The translations under genes were made by a program, and so were the position numbers. Of a DNA stretch of 38,905 nucleotides, positions 34,892-38,905 are shown piece by piece. The notes beneath the pieces are model-generated. The model did not search any database, was not told where the DNA came from, and saw only the letters and a program-made list of their open reading frames with translations. Source of the DNA: Octopus bimaculoides (Eukaryota). The first letter of the stretch is position 1, and each line of letters begins with the position of its first letter. The stretch lies in contig NC_068987.1 of NCBI RefSeq assembly GCF_001194135.2, positions 94,165,984 through 94,204,888 of the forward strand, given 5' to 3'.

Positions 34892-34939
34892 TTGAATCTT
34901 TAACACAGGGCTAGCCATTTTCGGGGATGGAGTTACGTT

Positions 34940-35080
34940 GAGTTCAAATTGTACGGAGGTCAGCTTTGCTTTTCATCCTTTCGAGGTCGATAAAACAGGT
35001 ACCAGCTGAATCCTGGGATCGATGTAATTGTCCCTGCACCGTAATTGCTGGCCTTTGTGTCTGCGAAAATTTGAAACCAC
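34940..35080 (+). mobile_element. SINE family B, 3' half
   Basis: gagttcaaatt..gaggtc..ctttgcttttcatcctttcgaggtcgataaaa..gtaccag..gggatcgatgtaat..gctggcct..aatttgaaacca. Confidence 0.88.
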
Positions 35081-35710
35081 TATGTCGGCATTGTAAAGTC
35101 AAAACGATTAGCAAGTGTTATAAGCACCACCCTGAGGCTGCAACTGAGGGAGAAAATGTAATGATTCTTTGTGATATTTCAGTACATCCAGACAGAACCA
35201 TCAAAGCTAGTAACACAGATATTGTTGTGAAAGACGAAAACAATAAAGTTTGTTTATTGATTGACATGAGCAAACCCTGTGACCATAATATCTCAGAAAA
35301 AGAATTTGACAAGCTCAGAAAATATAAATATTTTTTCATTGAAGTCGAAAGAATGTGGCATTTCAAGGCGGTTACAATACCAGTGATTATAGGATGACTT
35401 GGAATGATCAAAACAGAAACTGAAAATTATTTGAGAATGATCTCCGGCTTTCTATCCAGGCAAGAAGTACAAAATATTTTTATATCTAGAATGTCACAAG
35501 TATTGAGAACGTTGTTGCTGTGAGAACGATTACCATCCACGTAAACAATTTATTTTTTACGTAACTTTATTTGATTATTGTAACTGAGCAATCTCGTAGG
35601 TTTATTTTAATGACAACTCAATGTATACAGTGAGTTTCTTTGTCCTCGGTGTCGGGAAGGCACTCGGAAAGAAATGGAAACAAAACTGAAGGAGGAAGAA
35701 AATCTCATAA
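35080..35710 (+). mobile_element. R4/Dong-type (RLE-clade) non-LTR retrotransposon, 5'-truncated: C-terminal restriction-like endonuclease and 3' UTR
   Basis: LCRHCKVKTISKCYKHHPEAATEGENVMILCDISVHPDRTIKASNTDIVVKDENNKVCLLIDMSKPCDHNISEKEFDKLRKY..IEVERMWHFKAVTIPVIIG*LGMIK...VLRTLLL* (stop 35521-35523). This is the PD-(D/E)xK pattern RPDIV..LIDxxxP.D.N...KE.EKL.KY. Confidence 0.9.
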
Positions 35711-35892
35711 TAATAAAAACAAACAAAAAAACAAGTATGGTATTCAACGTTTTTTTCGGACATACACACGGTTCATGAAAACGCTGAAATAATTATATAA
35801 GGCTTGTAGGAACATTATGCAATTATCCATTTTACCTCATCCTTCTTTGGTAACATATCCCCACTATCGCACTTTCAGTGTCTTCTTTTTGA

Positions 35893-35910
35893 TATCTATC
35901 TATCTATCTA

Positions 35911-35988
<78 letters not shown>

Positions 35989-36300
35989 CCTACTTACCTA
36001 CCTACCTACTTACCTATGTATCTATTTATCTATTTACATATCTATCTATCAATTCTATCTAGCTATCTGTCTGTCTCTCTATGTATGTATGCATGTATGT
36101 ATCTATCTATCCATCCATCCATCTATCTACCTATCTATTTATCTCTCTATCTATCTCTCTACTTATCTATCTATCTGTCTATCTATCTATCTACCTACCT
36201 ACCTACCTACCTACCTACCTACCTATCTATTTATCTATCTATCTATCTATTTCTGTATATATGTATGATGATGATGATGATCATCATCATCATCATCATC
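35893..36300. repeat. Compound (TCTA)n/(TA)n/(CCTA)n/(GAT)n/(CAT)n microsatellite block
   Basis: Direct reading. Confidence 0.95.
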
Positions 36301-37193
36301 ATGGGTCTCCCATCGAAAATGCCGTATAAGTATTCAGTAACGCGGACAGAAGCAAGTCCAACAAACTCAAGTAATAGAAGTAATACCAAGACGACACCAT
36401 GCGGACGAATGACCCGTTGAATTGGAAAGTGCGAGAGTAGAAGCGCAAGAACGGCGCACGCGTATAACACACCATCCACAGATGACAATCTTGTAATATA
36501 GGGAATCTGTTTTCCTTAGTTTCGATATATCTACAAAATATACATTGTAGAGACAGGAAATATCATTGAGAAGGTCGTATGTGGAGCGCTCTTGACTAGA
36601 GATCAGGTCGATTTCCACTGCCCTGGATCTCAATAGCGGTAAGACACATTATAAGGATATCCAAGTCATGGTGGTCAGTTCTCTTCCTTTCAGATCCTGT
36701 GTTGCAGCACTGCTTTGAAACAGATTGTAAGCATCGTCGTACGAAAGGAAACTCGTGCACTTTTTTGTTGCACACAATTATGTAATATCCTACAATTCCC
36801 AAATTCAGCGAAACACTTCGCGATATGCTAGTGTGCCGCCGTGGCACAGTGCTTACAACTTCTTCTTTAGACGACCGGTTTTCTTCTTCAAGTTTCACCG
36901 AAGATAACTATAAAGTATTAATGTCTAGTTTAAAAGAAAAAAAACTATAAGGAATGCCCCTTAGAATGATATCTTCTTCAGAGCCGAATCCAGTCAGCAG
37001 TAACTCATTTGTTGAAATTTGATAAAGGTAGTTCATTATATTTTCAATCGATCAGTTGTTCGATTGATTAAACTGAACCATGAACGCGCCCAAAATGCAT
37101 ATGTAACACAGCTGTAAGTCTGTAATGCACAATTAAATGTATAAAACCCATTATTATAGCCAATGAGATTATACAAACACACGCAGGCACACA

Positions 37194-37251
<58 letters not shown>

Positions 37252-37419
37252 GACACACACACACAAAGACACACACACACAAAGACACACACACACGCAG
37301 AGTTACAAGTAAGCAAATATGTAGAGAGATATTGTGTTAGAAATAGTGGAATTTAAATTATCTAAAATGTATATGTCTGTGGGTTTCTTCTGTCCGTCTG
37401 TGTGTCTGGCTGTTTATTT

Positions 37420-37464
<45 letters not shown>

Positions 37465-38201
37465 CACACATACACACGTGCAAACAATCACACGCATACA
37501 TACGTGAATATGTATATCTATACAATAGATATCATTAATTGGATGTCTAGCAATATTTCTATAAAAACGTTCTCTGTGTAAAAATATCATTACTCTATGT
37601 AATGTCTATCTGTACAGCTAAGACTAGTTTAGAAATACTTGTGTAGGAATGATGATATATGCACTATAGTATTTTTCATTCCATGTTTACATAGATTTGA
37701 ATAGAGGTATGCATAATTCATAGAAACTAACTTACACATCTAATTATTATCTCTTAAAGTATATTTAACACAGCAAGAACTATGTCTAAGAATTTCGATA
37801 CAATATACAGTTACACATGTAGTTAGTCACACACACACGCACACATACATACACACACACACACACACTCATATACGCACATATAAATACAAGAATGGAA
37901 GTGTTTGCATTACATTTGTTCCTTCATTACGATCGTTTCAACAATACATAGTTCAGACACATAAATGATTCTTTAAAATTACAACATATCACATGTGATC
38001 CATTACATGTAACTAATAAATTATCTCGAGAATTTTAATTTTGGATGGAACCGTTTCCTTTAAGGAAAACTGTCCACTTCTGTAGGTTCTCTTAGTCGAG
38101 ATTTGCAGGAATGAAAATCGGTTTTTTAAAATCACCTTCAATCCGATACACACACGCACGCATGCACACGCACACACACAAACACACACACACACACACA
38201 C

Positions 38202-38256
<55 letters not shown>

Positions 38257-38430
38257 TTAAAACAGAAAGCTGCGAAAGTTTGGGAGTATTATTTATTCCA
38301 CATTACATGTGTTTCGTTACTACTAGGAGTAACATAGGTATGGATGTCGGAAAACATGTAAATCATCTCTTATTAGTTCTTCAGACAGAGAATTAATATA
38401 ATACTAAAAAGAAATGTCTTTTTCTGTTTT

Positions 38431-38587
38431 GCAGGCGTGGCTGTGTAGTATGAATTTGCTTCCCAAACCAAGTGGTTCCAGTTTTAGCTCCACAGGGTGA
38501 CACCTTGTGCAAGTGTTTTCTATTATAGCCTCGGGTGGAACAAAGTTTTGTGAGTGGATTTAGTAGACGGAAACTGGAAGATGCCCG

Positions 38588-38590
<3 letters not shown>
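38431..38590 (+). mobile_element. SINE family A copy ending in (TG)n
   Basis: gcaggcgtggctgtgtagta..gacaccttgtgcaagtgttttctattatagcctcggg..gtgagtggatttagtagacggaaactggaagatgcccgtcg. Confidence 0.9.
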
Positions 38591-38618
<28 letters not shown>

Positions 38619-38624
<6 letters not shown>

Positions 38625-38790
38625 TGATGATCTCTGACAATTATATCCAGCCTGTTGGTCTTGTTTTCTCTATCTGTATGTATTGGCATATCCCATTGTG
38701 TGGTTGCTTTCTCATTTTCTTTGACCTTTTCTGGCATGTGGCGATACTATCGTGTTTCTGCTGTTATTCCATAGTTATTCACCTCGCACA
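38619..38790 (-). mobile_element. Second R4/Dong-type endonuclease fragment
   Basis: Minus strand YGITAETR*YRHMPEKVKENEKATTQWDMPIHTDRENKTNRLDIIVRDHQE aligns with the 35080 copy (WD..I.TDR.I.ANRPDIVV motif). Confidence 0.85.
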
Positions 38791-38823
38791 ACCCATGCCC
38801 ACGATGCTGTATTATCCTTACCA

Positions 38824-38825
<2 letters not shown>

Positions 38826-38905
<80 letters not shown>
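38826..38905. repeat. (ATT)n microsatellite running off the window
   Basis: Direct reading. Confidence 0.98.

Overview
Eukaryotic, AT-rich, repeat-dense non-coding DNA from a short-read assembly, with 8 N-gaps that all abut microsatellites. The SINE families and compound microsatellites match my recollection of Octopus/coleoid cephalopod genomes (inference, not a database hit). I found no host exon, tRNA, rRNA or CRISPR array that I can support. Most ORFs in the supplied track are artefacts of microsatellites or N-runs. The window is a transposon graveyard: an internally deleted mariner (59-974) plus a second 5' end (15223-15452), a doubly deleted Helitron Rep/helicase (~6940-8105), a Penelope-like RT fragment (~8705-9110), the 3' half of an L1/Tx1-type ORF2 (~24830-26180), two R4/Dong-type endonuclease fragments (35080-35710, 38619-38790) and about 20 copies or fragments of three tRNA-derived SINE families. 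The most unusual signal is a scattered set of degenerate minimal hammerhead-ribozyme-like motifs (CTGAnGA...GAAA plus a palindromic stem III), as described for Penelope-like elements. The best case is a same-strand tandem pair at 1220-1496. Every copy carries mutations, so activity is unproven.
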